A stretch of DNA of 58,017 nt, taken from Catajapyx aquilonaris (taxonomy: Eukaryota). Position 1 is the stretch's first letter; every line of letters starts with the position of its first letter. The notes below the pieces were generated by a model that did no database searches, was not told the DNA's origin, and saw only the letters and a list, made by a program, of their open reading frames with translations. A program made the position numbers and the translations under genes. Shown here one piece after another: positions 1 to 13,681 of the stretch. The stretch spans positions 1 to 58,017 of the forward strand of contig KZ538624.1 of NCBI GenBank assembly GCA_000934665.2, in the 5' to 3' direction.

Positions 1-311
1 ATAGCCTTGGGAAATGTCTCGTAGCGATCTCAAGTGGCCACCCGGTGCGTAATCCTTCGGCAGGGGGTGGGTGGGGAGTGACCTAACCTGAGTCTTCTAC
101 AGCCGTGCACTGCACTCTTGCCTTGCATTTTCCGTGCGCGCCAGGCTCAATTCGAACAGAAAGGACGTGACGTCACGCCGTACTGCCGTAATAAATAAAT
201 TGATTACTGCCGTATTTCTAATTGTTTTATAAAACCGACCGGGGTTGTCGCCACCTACGATTTTTCCACACCCCCTCGCGCGCGCTTGACCCGTGACTCT
301 GATACACCCTG
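1..311. mobile_element. Possible right end of a Tc1/mariner-type MITE, truncated by the window edge
   Basis: Ends ...GATACACCCTG|TA, the reverse complement of the common TA|CAGGGTGT terminus. The partner end is not visible. Confidence 0.35.
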
Positions 312-1501
312 TATAGTCTACAGTAAGACAAAATATGATCTTATCGGCTTGGTGAGGGCAATTCGTAGGAGATACCGATGATCAAATAAAAGCATTGTTG
401 TGCTTCTTCTGGCGGTCCTTTCATACTTGAGAATAATAATTTTACTATAATATACTCCCATGTACAGTACACTTATTAAACTGCTCCCACACAATAGACG
501 CACCAAAAATGACCATTTGGAACGCACCGCCATGCCCTTCAGAACACTAAAACGGGACCTAAAACTGCAACAAGTCTCGTCCATCTCATCAAGTAGGCAT
601 CGGAGAGATTGAATCTCAGACAGAATTCTAAGTGTAGCCCTACTCTTTACTGTACCGGATAATCAAGTTGTGCACGTGGTTTTGCAAAACGTATGTATCA
701 GCGCCGGATAATAGCGAGTACAGTGGAGTCGCAACAAATCAATTCACATATTAAAAATTTTAAAAGCCAAAGACTGGAAAAATCTGTTTTCGTTAGGGCT
801 ACACATTTTCATTCCATAATACGCTATCTTCTGATGTGCACAATTTCAGTTTTCACCAGCTTATAAATACGGCACGTCGTTGTATGCTGTAAGGGGCGGG
901 GAGTATAGACAATAAAATTCTCCAGTTGCTCGCAAACATGTGCGACGCGCATGCGGTATTATGCCCTAGGAGCAAAGAATCATCTCTCCGATATCACATT
1001 CAATAGTTCCACAGCTCAACATTTCAAGTGAGGGCACAGAAATTTTTGTTATAGCCAATAAGGCTGTGCGGTCAGGCAAGAGGCAGGATCTACATCATCA
1101 AACAAACTGAGTGATCCTATATACGGAACAAATTATTATAGACGTATAGGCAACGTTCCAGATTTTTCCGCCGGAAATGTAGTCGTGTCGTATTTTACGC
1201 ATCCTTGAAGAACAAAATCAGAGCGACTGACATGACAGGGGAGGTAACAAAAAAAATCCCGGTGTTCCAACATATTATTTTACTCCAATTATATTGGATA
1301 CACGATCTTAGGAGAAATTCGAGATGCTGGTCAATTACAGAGATAAATATAAGCTGAATACGGGTATGTATCCAAGTTTTCCTTCGCCGCGCCATAATCA
1401 TTAAAATCGAAATTGCGAAGACGCAGATGTAGTCTATTACTAGTACAGACTACCTTACCCAAATCCCGTCGTCTACGCGCGCCCCAAAAAAGTGGAGGGG
1501 T

Positions 1502-2323
1502 GGGGCAGTAAACAAACTGTGATAAATCTCCGTTACGATTATCTGGACTTTAGAATTGATAATTATTAATCGTAACAATGGAGCTAGGATGGCGCCAAAG
1601 TTAAAGGTAATTTGACAGTTAACAACTGAGACGAATATGATTACACTTTGGACAGTGAATTTCTGTGGGCTATAGTAATAATTGCTATCACTACGTTAAT
1701 TTGTTACGCAGCAGGACATTAATTTTAATGATGAACCTGAGGGGCCACACAAACCCAAGACTGTATTGAAATTAATTACAAAAAATTTGTCACTGAATTG
1801 AAAATGTTTATATCTCGTGTGCGTTTGCAGAAATTGCTACACTTTGCTGAACTACGTTTAACTTTGTAATTGATTAATAAATTAAAATATTATGACATTG
1901 TGTATTTAGGCCTCTGTCCAATGTGCTACAATAAAAAATTCCAATTAAATGTGAAATAGCTTTAAATATCCCTTCATTCAAAAATGTGTAGATAATTTCA
2001 CTTCTGCAAGTTACGAAAACCGTTTTAAAATTCTGTAACAATTTTTTGTAATTAATTTCAATGCAGTCTTTGGGTTTGCGTGGCCCCTCAGGTTCATCAT
2101 TAAAATTAATGTCCTGCTACGTAACAAATTAACGTAGTGACAGCAATTATTACCCCACAGAAATTCACTGTCCAAAGTGTAATCATACTCGTTTCAGTTG
2201 TTAACTGTCAAATTAACTTCAACTTTGGTTCCATCCTAGCTCCATTGTTACGATTACTAATTATAAATTCTAAAGTCCAGATAATCTTAACGGAGTTTTT
2301 TATCACATTTTGTTTACTACCCC
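1502..2323. mobile_element. Fold-back / MITE-like element with ~300 bp inverted arms
   Basis: ~1502-1799 is the reverse complement of ~2029-2323 (e.g. GGACATTAATTTTAATGATGAACCTGAGGGGCCAC vs GTGGCCCCTCAGGTTCATCATTAAAATTAATGTCC). AT-rich spacer, no ORF. Confidence 0.85.
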
Positions 2324-3966
2324 TAACTTTTCTATACCACCCTGTGACTTAACACGGTTTTTTTAAATAAAAAAACGCTGCCTGTCGGTTCCATGGCTTT
2401 GTTTTGCGGGAGCTAGTTAAATAATCAGCAACATCCGTTGCCTGGAGAGATGCAAGTTAATTACATAAAAGCAATTACCTGTCGATTGCGTTTAAAAAAA
2501 AAAACACGGCCCACAGGATAATGGACTGCAAGTGATGTTCTTCGCCTCCTCAGTAAAACATACTGTACAATGCGGGCAGAAAATCCTGCTGCCCGGCTAC
2601 TGATGAGCTTTCCCATCGGTTTTGCACACACTGTATACCCCGAGGTTAAAACACACAAACGCGGTAAGACAACGCAACGAGGACAGAATCCTCGACACCG
2701 CCCACACCGAACTCCACCTGATCGATTACACGTCGCCTAGACCATACATTTTAATTCTCACGCTCGACTAACATCGAATCCCGACACGAATCAGCCTTTT
2801 AGAGGAACGATGGGTAAAAACGTGTCATTGAAAAAATTGAGAGCCGATGACTCGCGTTTTTACCCCTCCAGCCTTCATCTCACAAGAAGCGTGAAATCGT
2901 CGCCTGCCACCTGACACCGCCACATGCCTTGTAGCTGTTTACGTTTTTTGTGTGTGCATATCCTGTGTGCGGTGGTATTAGCCTCGCTCTGTTGCGCCAT
3001 ATGCAAAGTGTCACCTGCCAACAAAGGCCCGCTGCTGCGTCAACGTCGTTCCTGTAGGCCCACGCAGGCAGTCCGCTGATTGCATCCAGATTCAGAGATA
3101 ACATTATTAAGGCCTATTAGGCGAGAGCATTCAAATGCAGCTTTGCCCACAGAACCGGTTATCTGATCATACAATCGTGCAGAATTTCATAACGAGCCAA
3201 TAACATGCCATTAATAAATTACTCCGCAATGGAAGTGGGGAATTGGCGCCGAATTGTTAGCTTTCATGGCACGAAAATAATTTCCCCCTCCCACAATTAC
3301 AACTCCTGCATTCTTGGCGTTTATAACAGGCCCGCATTATGGTGGTAATTGAATGCGAGTTGGTAAATTAGATTATTTTGTTTTCGCGTCCTGGCGGCAG
3401 GCACGACGCCAAATTAAAACCATGGTCATTGTTATAGTGACATGGTGTAACTTTCGCCGGGACTAAATGCGGGCAACCATATCCTACTTTTGTACAAAAC
3501 AATGGTCGTCAGATGAGAACCTCGCAAAAATACCTACGCATTTAAATTCCCCGTTACCGGGAAACAAGTTCACATGTCACATGACGTGGCTATCAATTTG
3601 TTCCTCGCACCCATGCGGTGTCAACAAATCTTTGTCCACGTTATGCACCTAAAGGGGCGGAATTCACAATACTGTGCTACCAAATGAGTGCGTTAAATTA
3701 CAACCAGCCACGTATTGGTCGAGTAGCGGACCTGCGATGTCATATTTTTGCAGCACTGAATATAAGCACCGGGTCTGTCCATGTAGATACAGTATATGTC
3801 TTGAGGAAACAGACGGGCATGAAAGGGCCAGAGAAAAATGCACACACCAGATAGCTATGTGTTGCAGCGCAATATTGTCATGGACTGATTCGTTGTGATG
3901 CCATACATAACGAAAGGCATTACATCGTATAAAAAGACTCCAGACAATTTTGCATTGAAGCGATAT

Positions 3967-5138
3967 CACTGGGGAACAAAATTTTGGTTGCATTTTGGAG
4001 CACTTGTTCTTACCTAATTTGAGTGTGCTGAATTCAAATATGATTTTAGTTCTTCTCTGTAAGCTCTAGATTTTCTACAATTAAATTTTTTAATTTTTGC
4101 GACATATTGCCTGTCGCATGATGACACGATCTCTTTGAGGAATTCCTGGTCATACAGTCTTGAAATTAGGCTTAAACAACCGTCTTGGTAGAGATATATT
4201 ACTTTTATTCACAAAAAAGTCGTAGGTGCATCACAATGTGCATTAAAGTTTGAAAAGTCAAAAAATAGCGAAAAATAGTGTCCCAATTTTTAAATCCTAT
4301 AACTCGCAAACTTGTAGGCATATCTTAATGATTTAAGTTTTGAAATGCTAAGAAATGTCTAACGTTTTGGGCTCACCTTAGTTTGTTTCGATATGAGCTT
4401 CATTTGTCGCTTGACAAATGTAAATATGGTAATCAGTGTCGTGCCTAACCAGCTCAGACATCTAATGTCTGGCGTTACCGTTGCAATCTTTTCCCGTATG
4501 TGCTGATGATGCCAGATCATTTCACCATACATGTATCACCACAAAAAAGTCAATCGGGGTAAGATCTGGGCTTCTGGGGGGCTAGGCACTGGGAAACTTC
4601 TCATTCAAGACTTCGCACACTGGAGGCTGAACAATTGAAACTTTCCTACGGCAGGTTTGTTTGGATGAGGCTACTTTTCCTGTGCACCATCAAGAACAAT
4701 GTTCGTGGTGTAAAGACCAGTCATCTTCCAACACCTAAGGGTTAGGATCGCAACGGTAACTCCAGATAAGATTGAGCGGGTTTGGCTCGAGACCGAATAC
4801 AGTCTTTTTTTAGTTCTCGAGCAACAAATGAAGCTCATATCGAAACAAACTAAGGTGAGACCAAAACTTTAGACATTTCTTAACATTGAAAAACTTAAAT
4901 CATTTAGATAATTATGTCTACAAGTTTTCGACTTATAGGGTTTTAAAAGTTGAACATTCTTTTTCGATATTTTTTAAATACTTTTTTCAAACTGTAATAC
5001 ATATTGAGTTGATGCTTGAAAACATTAATCATCAGTACTTCATGACTTCACGAACTGTTTCATCAAGCCGAGCTAATACTTAGAATCAGTTGAAAAATCT
5101 CATGCAACAGAAAAAAAAATTATTTTTGTTCCCCAGTG
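3967..5138. mobile_element. Non-autonomous Chapaev3-like (CMC) DNA transposon
   Basis: 15-bp TIRs CACTGGGGAACAAAA / TTTTGTTCCCCAGTG flanked by a 3-bp duplication TAT (3964-3966, 5139-5141). CACTG termini with a 3-bp TSD fit Chapaev3. Confidence 0.7.
4227..5016 (-). mobile_element. Degenerate Tc1/mariner-superfamily derivative nested in the Chapaev3-like element
   Basis: ~190 bp inverted arms (~4227-4415 and ~4815-5016). The interior on - reads P*PPRSPDLTPIDF at ~4545-4590, a relic of the WPPRSPDLTPxDF transposase motif. Confidence 0.7.
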
Positions 5139-5331
5139 TATTCAATATCGTCTCAATCTTTTTGCGCAATTTACCCGGTGTATAACAAACCTATCCGGCA
5201 CAATCACATGTTTTTTCTGATAAAACAAAAAGGCACAATGGTGCAAATCAACCGTCAATGGTCAACAATGAGTATAAGAGTTCCTTCAGTGGAAATGTAG
5301 TCACAGCATGTTAGAAAGATAGTCTTCAGTT

Positions 5332-5533
5332 TCTGTTAAAAGCAACTCCTATACCCACCGCATTATCTGAATGCCACTCTACTCCGGATCGCCCTCCGTG
5401 ATAACTGAAAGAGAAGCGATGCTCCGAAAGACGTGGAATTGCCATGCCTTCTTATCGACTTCAGTTATCGCGGTGGGTGATCCGGAGTAAGGTGGCATTC
5501 AGATAAATCGGTGAATTTAGGTCTTTTAACAGA
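5332..5533. repeat. ~200 bp hairpin MITE-like inverted repeat
   Basis: TCTGTTAAAAG...TTATCTGAATGCCAC...ACTCCGGATC...GATAACTGAA is mirrored by TTCAGTTATC...GATCCGGAGT...GTGGCATTCAGATAA...CTTTTAACAGA. Confidence 0.7.
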
Positions 5534-5828
5534 TGAAGAATACGCGCGTATAACTATAAACACTGGTAAATGGCTGAATATTCCAAACGTACTGTACAAA
5601 ATAATGCAAGAGTAGGTCTACCGACATACGCGACAGTTATATGCAACGCTATACATCTCAGTTCCTCAGCCCATTCAAAAAAAGAACGTATACCAATCCG
5701 AAGTGCTTGTTACCATCTAAATCCTGTGCAGAAACAGTTATATGGTGGCACTTCATAGTCATACATTACATGGCATACAAATTATACACTGATAATAAAT
5801 CTTGCTATTAATTATTTGCACTAATATT

Positions 5829-6144
5829 AGGGAGGAGGAGGAGTGGCGCTGCGGTAACGTATGTGTCCACGGGTGTTAAGGTCCCGGGTTCGATCCCAGC
5901 CCGGGATTCCCCCGTTCATCTCATGCAGAGTTTAGGGCCATCTCTGACTTCGTCTTGGGTGGGATTCCAATAGACTAACCACCCGGGGGAGCTCACAAAA
6001 TGACCACATATGTCAATGCACTGCACTTTGCACATCCCCTCCTGTCATCCTGCCCGTGGGCCCAGGCGCTGTATAAAAAGGCACTCATATGTACTTGGAC
6101 AAATAAAGGTCCGTGCTGTATACCTTAGGGTCAAGCACTACCCG

Positions 6145-6241
<97 letters not shown>
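5829..6241 (+). mobile_element. tRNA-derived SINE, family A, full length with long (ATT)n tail
   Basis: A-box-like TGGCGCTGCGG, B box GGTTCGATCCC, (ATT)n ~6145-6240. 11-bp TSD GCACTAATATT (5818-5828, 6242-6252). Homologous to the copies at 51597 and 54855. Confidence 0.9.
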
Positions 6242-7530
6242 GCACTAATATTGCTCTTTAGGCCTATTCCCACATGCTCACAAAACGCCTTCACGACAAC
6301 AAAAACTATCCATACACAATTTTAAAGCAATACAAACCTTTTCATCAAAAATAAAATGTCAGAATCATAGATGTGGACTTGTGCATTATCCGAGTTAATT
6401 CCAATTCTGTTTATTAAAATAAATTTGAGACAAATTAGTCAAAACCTATGAAGGTAGTTCAAAATTAACTATAACTTACTGGGGAGAGAGAATATTCAAT
6501 ACAATATCGCTCTGGATTAACTGCATGAATGTTGTCCTCAGGCAGAAAGAGCACAAACTTGGTGTGCCCAAAATACCTTCCGCGCAAAAAAAATATTGAC
6601 AAGGACAAGAACTGCTGCCGCCCGTTGGAACAGGCCTTCTACTGGCCTGAAATCTCATTCAATCTTCAACAGGGTAGAAGCAATTATAAATTAGCACTTT
6701 GCTTTCAAAGAATTGTTCTTTTAAATGTGATTACTGTTCTGGGGTAGTGTTATTGGTGTTCTCGTTATCAATATCACAGGTCATAAATTAAGTATCTGAA
6801 CGTAAAAATGTTTGGAACAATGACAGTTCTTGCGGCATAACTACAGGGTTACCTTCTTTGTTCTTTCGGCTGATAGGCACGACAAGTTCAGTGCAACGGT
6901 AAATATTTTTAGTATTATCTTTCCTCATATTGGCTTATTCGGGGCCCTTTTGTGGACAGTGGAGGTAACTTACCCATGAGGTAACTAGTTTATTTACCAT
7001 TTAGTTGCGTTACAGTGGTAGTGTTACACCGTGGATAACTTATCTCACAGTTCAAACTAGGGCTCTGAAACAAATACTAAAAGAAGCCACGTGGTAAGGC
7101 AACGTTAACTGTAGAAGCACAAACTTATCATGCACTATCCCACAAAATTGACTAAATTGTCAACACGTGCAAAATCCCGAGGTCTACACTGGAATCAGAT
7201 CTAACCACCATTTCCTCGGACTAGGTAGATAATTCCCATCGTCGTATCTGGCACAGCCTCTTTCCCTCCACAACCCTTCATAAATAAAGCGGACTTAAGA
7301 AGACAGGAGAACCCTTTCAAATCTCAATCATTTTGTCTCCCTCCTAAAAGGCCATTTCTCTCTTGAGAGCCACCCAGTAACCCCATCTAACACCAAAGTT
7401 GTGAATTACGAAGCTTGCAAGGCGCAGATAAAGCATCTCCACAGGCGGAACGAAAAGTCCGTTTTACAAGCTTCCTATTCTCCGGCAATAAAACCAAGCT
7501 TCAAACTAAAATTGTTGCGGTGTACTTTAC

Positions 7531-7583
7531 CTTTTCCTCCGGGGCTCATTATCTTGGTAATTTCCATATTGTCCGCCGTGGTT
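7531..7583 (-). CDS. sm: hnRNP L / smooth-like, coding exon 2 (53 nt)
   Basis: Branch-like GCTAAT, strong pyrimidine tract ctcttctcttcttttgcag, donor AAG|GTAAAG. In frame with exon 1 it gives NHGGQYGNYQDNEPRRK(R), matching the acidic-RRKR linker that precedes the RRM in Smooth. Confidence 0.72.
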
Positions 7584-10500
7584 CTGCAAAAGAAGAGAAG
7601 AGCTATTAGCGCTGGCAAAATTCCCCTACTAATCCACCTTCTGTAATGGGTAGAGAAAAGTTTCTCATTATCCCAAAATACTCTCCCAATCTCCTTACGA
7701 GCAAATTCAGCAAACACCTCCTGCTCCACGTATTTTAATCAATTTCACTTCTACTTGTTCTATATGCATTCGTTTGATATTCCTCTCTCGGTGACACTTA
7801 GAGCCGATTATTGCTTTAAGGAACCATCCAACATTTAGAATAGCACCGGAAGCGCAAAGCTCTGCGAAACTAATTCCTGGGTGATAGGATTAATAATTTT
7901 CACTGTACAATTGTGGTAGAAACCGTACGGAGTTGCTCTAAATATGATAACATGCTTGTAACGTCAATTTCAAGAGCTCTTTCATAAGCCTTATGAGATG
8001 TCACTGTTGACCAACTAAGAAGTAAAGTAGACATGTTCAATACGATGCATTCCAAAATGTGGTGTCTAGCAGACGTCCCATTACTGGAACACCTAAATCA
8101 TATACACTCGCTTACAATTCACATTTATGGCAGCACAATTTCCCTATTCCATACAACACGAGAGCCACATTGTATTGAATGTATGTAGTCTCGCCGTTTC
8201 AGTCTACTTCCTCCAATGGCAACTACGTGGCGTGCAACATGGTCCAATACCCTGTGTCCCTCCCTCCCTCCCTCCCCTTAAAGTGAAGCTATATGACCCC
8301 TGGAGTAGTAATCAAGCCCATGATCATTTCGACGACTATTCTTGGAAACGGAACCAAGCAAGCCCATATGTAGAGATAAACGGAAACGCCTTCCAAACAT
8401 TGCCAACTTTACATTGCAAAACAAGTCTATTCCGACCCAGATGCGGAGCGGATATTAGGGCCATCCGGAATCCGGATTTTGATCCGGGAGGGAGGTGGTG
8501 GGGGTGCGCAGCTGCAACTTCCCGCAGCCAGCCGCCAGAAAGAAAAGACATTAGCATTAGCCTAATTTGCTGGCAAACGCCCGCCTGCAAATTCCTGGGG
8601 TCACTCGTTATCCGATTGGGATTACCAGGAATGCTGCACGTGCATTTGTGCTGCAAGGAAGCTGTAGCGCTGTACTTTCTCTAATCCATTCCCTGCAGCA
8701 CCAACTCGTCGTTCCTAGGTCGAACGAGGACGAGGGAAGGAAGGGGTGGGGAGCGGGGGGCGGGGGAAGTGGTTCCTATATCGACGAGGTCGACGGGATT
8801 ACCCAAAAGGTCCTGGCCCCTTTCCGGGCGCAGACGACAACGCCATTTGGTCCCGCTGTGTCCTTCCCTCCCTCCCCTTTTTTTGGACCCTACTTCCATC
8901 TCACAGGCTCATGGACGTCAACCGTTGACGTCGGTAATTCTTGTTTGTGGGTGCGCTTAATTGGGCGGCAGGCTATCTCGCGGGACTCACGCTAAAAAGA
9001 ATCTTCCCAGCTCGGAGGGGAATGGACCACTCAGACATTGATCTCCCCCGCGCACAAGAAAACCTATCACGGCCGTGTGATGGTGCCAAATCCGACACTT
9101 GCAGTGTCACCAATGGGGTCGAAGAGTCGTTACCGGGGAAGCAACAGCGCTATTCGGCTCCCGGATTTCTAATCCGATGACACGACCGCAGGACCCGTTA
9201 CATGGAGGCAACATTGTGCGCAGGGTGCCAATTACTGCAATACCTAGGGTACGCCAGCACACCTTGGTTCCGCCCACACTCCCCCCAGTTGGACATTCCT
9301 GAGGGAAGTTTCAGATGGGGCCTGTGGGCTTGCCTGCTTGAGAACTCCGGGCACAGTTTCGCACCGAAAACTCCTTCGCCGGCGTCGGAAATAATTTTCC
9401 GTCTGCGAGTGAACCGCGCCGGGGTGATACTGGAGGCCACAAGAGCCAGACGTGCTGAGAATTGGAACGCGCCTTGGAAGCAGTTGACAAAAAAAAACAT
9501 ACATGTCGCGACGCATAACTAGCTAGGTGCAACTTCCGCCCACGCTTTAACCTAGTAGCCTACGCTGGTAGGCTGGACAAGCTCCGTCCTTCAGCAAGTG
9601 CACTGTATACCCTATTTCATCCTTTCCCTTTCTTTCTCTCTTACTATTTTTTGCGCAACACTCGGGTGGTCAGAGCACGAAAACGCCACTTTTACAGCTG
9701 ATGCCTTTATGAGCAGCGGTTGAGTTATCCTACACAAGCGGTGTCAGATTCGCACGCACATTGCCTGCCTGCCTGCCCGTCAGTCCGTACGTTTCTAATG
9801 GGCATAAGTCACGCCAAGTCAGTAATCCTGACCAACGCAATGGCCGTTCTTTCGGGTTTGTTTTCAACAATTGCGATTTTATGTGGGGCCCCAGAGCACG
9901 GCCACTAAGTAGGACTGGAGAGGTGGAATACAAAGTGTGCGGAAGTGGTGGGGGATCTCTCCGGCAGCGCGCCCCGGGCCCCATTTCGGGAAGAAGTGCC
10001 GCCATTTGCAGCTGCGCCAAACGACCGCCACTGACAGTGCCGGATTCCAAGGATTTGGGCCTCTACTGTCGTGGGCCCTCCCGCCTTTTGTCTCACAACA
10101 TTGCCTTCCATGCTCCCTTGAGGGGAAAAGGTCCATGGAGCGCGGCTGGGACCTTTCCCCTCTGCACTTTTCAAATGAAGAATTTCATGCCTGATGAACC
10201 GCCAGTTCGCCTTTGCAATTTTAGCCTGAATTGCATTAAAAAACTGGAATTAAAAGCCAGGAGGCTGCCACTTTCATCAAGTGGAGCCAGCAAAAAAAAC
10301 CACCTCATTTGCTCTAGCTACATAACTATATGCTTTCTGCTCTCGTGCATAGTTATCTGCATTTCAATTTTTGCTCATATCACCATTCAAACTGCCAGTT
10401 CCATGGCCTTTAAGTTGGATGTGTGCAGCGAAGAGTAAGGAATTCTAGACTGAAAAGCTGAATAAGTCTGCACTTCTCACTACGAGTGGACCCAGGGAGA

Positions 10501-12760
10501 AGGGTAGCAGTACATAACAATAAATGGAAAGATCATTCGGACAAAATGGTTTCCTACAACACGTCTATACCACCCTAGCCCGAACAAAGATTAATCACTT
10601 CTTAAAGCACCACATAAAAGGCAAACAGGTTCGCGCGACCAACTGCTGCTGCTGCTGCTGCTAGCTGCTATATAGCGAGGTTCATCTAATATTGATCGCA
10701 TTGAATGGTTACAACGCCGTACATGGAGCACAAACATTAATGGAATATTTAATCTGCTGTATGCAAAGCATGCGAAACACCCACTTGTGTTCAGAAAGTA
10801 CGCAGCGTGACCAAATTACAGCACTCTTACTAAAATTTAACCAGTGTAAGCATTCCAAGCCCTGTGGAGCACATACAATAATATTACAGCTCCCAGCCGT
10901 ACCGTAGGGACCTCGCATATGGCCACTCAATATGTCGCCCGGTCCCGTTCGTAACAAAATGCCACCATGCTCTGGACCAAAATCAACCCTGTTCATGTGG
11001 AGGCCGCTGTTGGTTTCAAAAAAGAATTCGTTAGGGTACACTGAGCAAAACTTCCGTTTGCAATATTTGTTGTTAAAAAAATTTACTCCACGCCAGTCAC
11101 TCCATCCAACCAAGCCTGCCAGGCAGCCAGCCATCCAACCAAACAAACAAATGCAAACCGGGCTCTGCAATTTGAAATTCGCTCATGGGAAATGCACCTT
11201 TTTATTGCTCTCCAAACCCCCTCCCGGTGCGGAGGAAGAACAAACCTCAGCGCGGATTTCCCCAATTGTATCCGATAACAACCGTCTGGCCATTTTTTCC
11301 AGGCAGCAAAAACGACGCCATTTGCAACTCAAGCCACGCCACTTTGAATGGCTTATCTCCGTGAGCAGCCGGAGAAGCCTTTCCCCGGCATCATATTCTT
11401 GGTCCTCCTCCTCCTCCTCGCCGGCACAGATTTTATTTTTCGGCCCCGAATCATCCCTTCCCGGTACCGGCTTCTCCAGTTGCCATGGCCATTGTCAGTG
11501 CCATAAAAGTCCTCCATGTCTGAATGCCTCATTCGGAACGGCCTCTCTCTTCCTCCTCTTTTTCTCTGCAGCCAGCCAGGGGATGGAGGAGAATCAGTGC
11601 GGGGGGTCGAATAATGGCCATGACAGGAAGAGTAATGTCGAGATTTTTTCCCTCCCTCTTTTCTCTCTTTTTTGAGGGGGTGGAGGCTGGGTGTATGGGG
11701 AAGGAATTTATTCAACGGGAAAAAGATGAACGAAGTTGGGAGGTCGCAGCCAGTCTGTTGTCTAGGCGACGGGCAAGAGGCCGGGTTGTGTGTGTGTGTG
11801 GGAGAGGGAGGAGGGGGACGATTCCCGCCAACTGGAGTCGAAATTATTTGGGGAGGAAATGGGCGAATCCATTGAACCGCGCGCGGCGAGGTGATTGAGG
11901 GCCAAGAGCACTTGGAGAGGGCGCTTGGTGCCAACTTTGCTCGGTCCTCGCCAAGTCCCAAGAGAGCCGTTGCACTTGACGTCAATGGCCATTCCAAAAA
12001 TCATCTGCCATTTTTTTGTTCTTAATCCCCACCGGCCTTCTTTCCCTACCAGAATGGGAATAAGGAAAAGGGCTTTATGGCTTTCAGATGTCTCCGGCCC
12101 TTAATTAACCATGGATGGCCTCTGGGGGAAAGAGACGACGTTAATTATTCGTCGCGAGGAAACTTATCGGAAACGCTCTCTCGCCGTGTCCCCGACAGCT
12201 GTGAAATGTTTGGCTTTTTGCACATCTATACCGCCCATCTTCCAACGAAGCATTTGGTCTAGTATTGTAGCCACCTCTTTACGATTGATGCAATCCAACG
12301 GGAGGAAATGGTCTAATTCGCTCAAGTGAGATTGCAAAAATATATCAACCTGAGTACTGGAAGCATAATTAGCCTGCAAGTTTGAAAGTAGGTTGAATGC
12401 TAAAATAACAATATTTTTTCGGAAGTGGAAAATAGATAAGTTCGTCCTATAGCTGTACTGTAGGGTCCGCATACATATAATGACTTTTCAAATCGCAGCG
12501 CAGGGTTGAAAAAACACCGGTCGAGAGCGAGTTAGGATTGAACCCAGGGTCGAGTTGGACCCGTACACAACTAAAAACAAGCGCAGGGTTACTCGATTCT
12601 GACCCCGGAACCGTGCCTCGCTTTTCCCGGGACGAAAGGCATCGTACAGCGTGTTCTATTAAGGAAGATCAATTTTTTATATCAATGCAAAGCACACTAA
12701 CACCACTCTTGTATACATGCTTGGTTTCCGAAAGCCATTCCACATTCATACATGCCTATA

Positions 12761-13679
12761 CGAGGGTGAATCAATGAATTCTGAGCCTGATATAGATGGA
12801 GTTGACCTACAATGACATGCTTCTACCAACTTGTAGTGGCACTCATTGGAACCTATATCACCAAGTTTCATTCTGATTGAATCATTCCACCAGGAGTACT
12901 TGAACCTTGTATGTGTGAAAGTGTGGGCCTGTCCTGATAATGGACAAACGCGAGGCACCTGCAGTGATAAGACACCTCCACAAAACAGGGTTGTGCCCCA
13001 AGGACATCCACGAAGAGACGTTACAAGTAGGAGATGATGATGCTCCGTCATATGCTACAGTCAAAAGGTGGGCACGAGAATTCAAGATGGGTCGGGAGAG
13101 TTTGCAAGATGACCCCCGCCCAGGCGGTCCGTCAACTTCGGTCACCGAGGAAAATGTGGACAGAATCCATGACATGGTGATGGCTGACAGGCGAATCACC
13201 ATCCAGCAGATAGCCACGGCGGTGGGCATCTCTTTTGGCAGTGTCCAATAAATCCTGACGAAAACCTTGGAAATGCACAAGCTTTCAGCGCGTTGGGTAC
13301 CTCGCCGCTTGACACCAGATCAGAAGAGGACTCGTGTGATCACATCTGAAGAGTCATTGGAGGTGTATCGACAGGACACTGCCGCTTTCTTGGGTCGCTA
13401 TGTGACTCAAGACGAAACATGGCTTCATCATTATTGCCCAGAAACCAAAATTCAGAGTAAGGAGTGGCGGCATCATGGATCTCCATCCCCACGAATGTTT
13501 CATGTCATTCCATCGGTGGGGTAGGGAAAGATATTTTTTTACATGGAATCCAGAAGTTGAAGCACAGATGGCAGAAGTGCATTAGTGTTCAGGGGGACTA
13601 TGTTGCAATGTCTCACTAAATTGGTGATTATAAAAAAAGTCTTTCTATGCGAGGCTCAGAATTCATTGATTCACCCTCG
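12761..13679 (+). mobile_element. Mariner element 1, internally deleted, both TIRs intact
   Basis: 28-bp TIR CGAGGGTGAATCAATGAATTCTGAGCCT and its reverse complement, with TA on both sides. Confidence 0.95.
12940..13524 (+). pseudogene. Mariner transposase pseudogene (N-terminal half)
   Basis: HTH region (TVKRWAREFKMGRESLQDDPRPG), WVPRRL linker and VTQDETWLHHY first catalytic Asp. In-frame stops at 13249 and 13522; the rest of the DDD domain is deleted. Confidence 0.93.
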
Positions 13680-13681
13680 TA

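Noticed and set aside
6010..6325. Poly-I/N/L ORFs (also 54088-54493 and 47634-47891)
   Set aside because: Translations of (ATT)n microsatellite or SINE tails.
6480..6646. Possible poison exon of smooth after exon 2 (ttcAG ... GTAAGT, with a premature stop)
   Set aside because: Weak pyrimidine tract with a nearby upstream AG, weak exonic donor context, and no CA-rich hnRNP L-binding cluster nearby. Unsupported without RNA data.
9761..11997. Long ORFs of 225, 247 and 214 aa in the GC-rich island
   Set aside because: Low-complexity Ser/Pro/Arg-rich translations on overlapping frames of both strands, no recognisable domain. Expected in GC-rich non-coding DNA.
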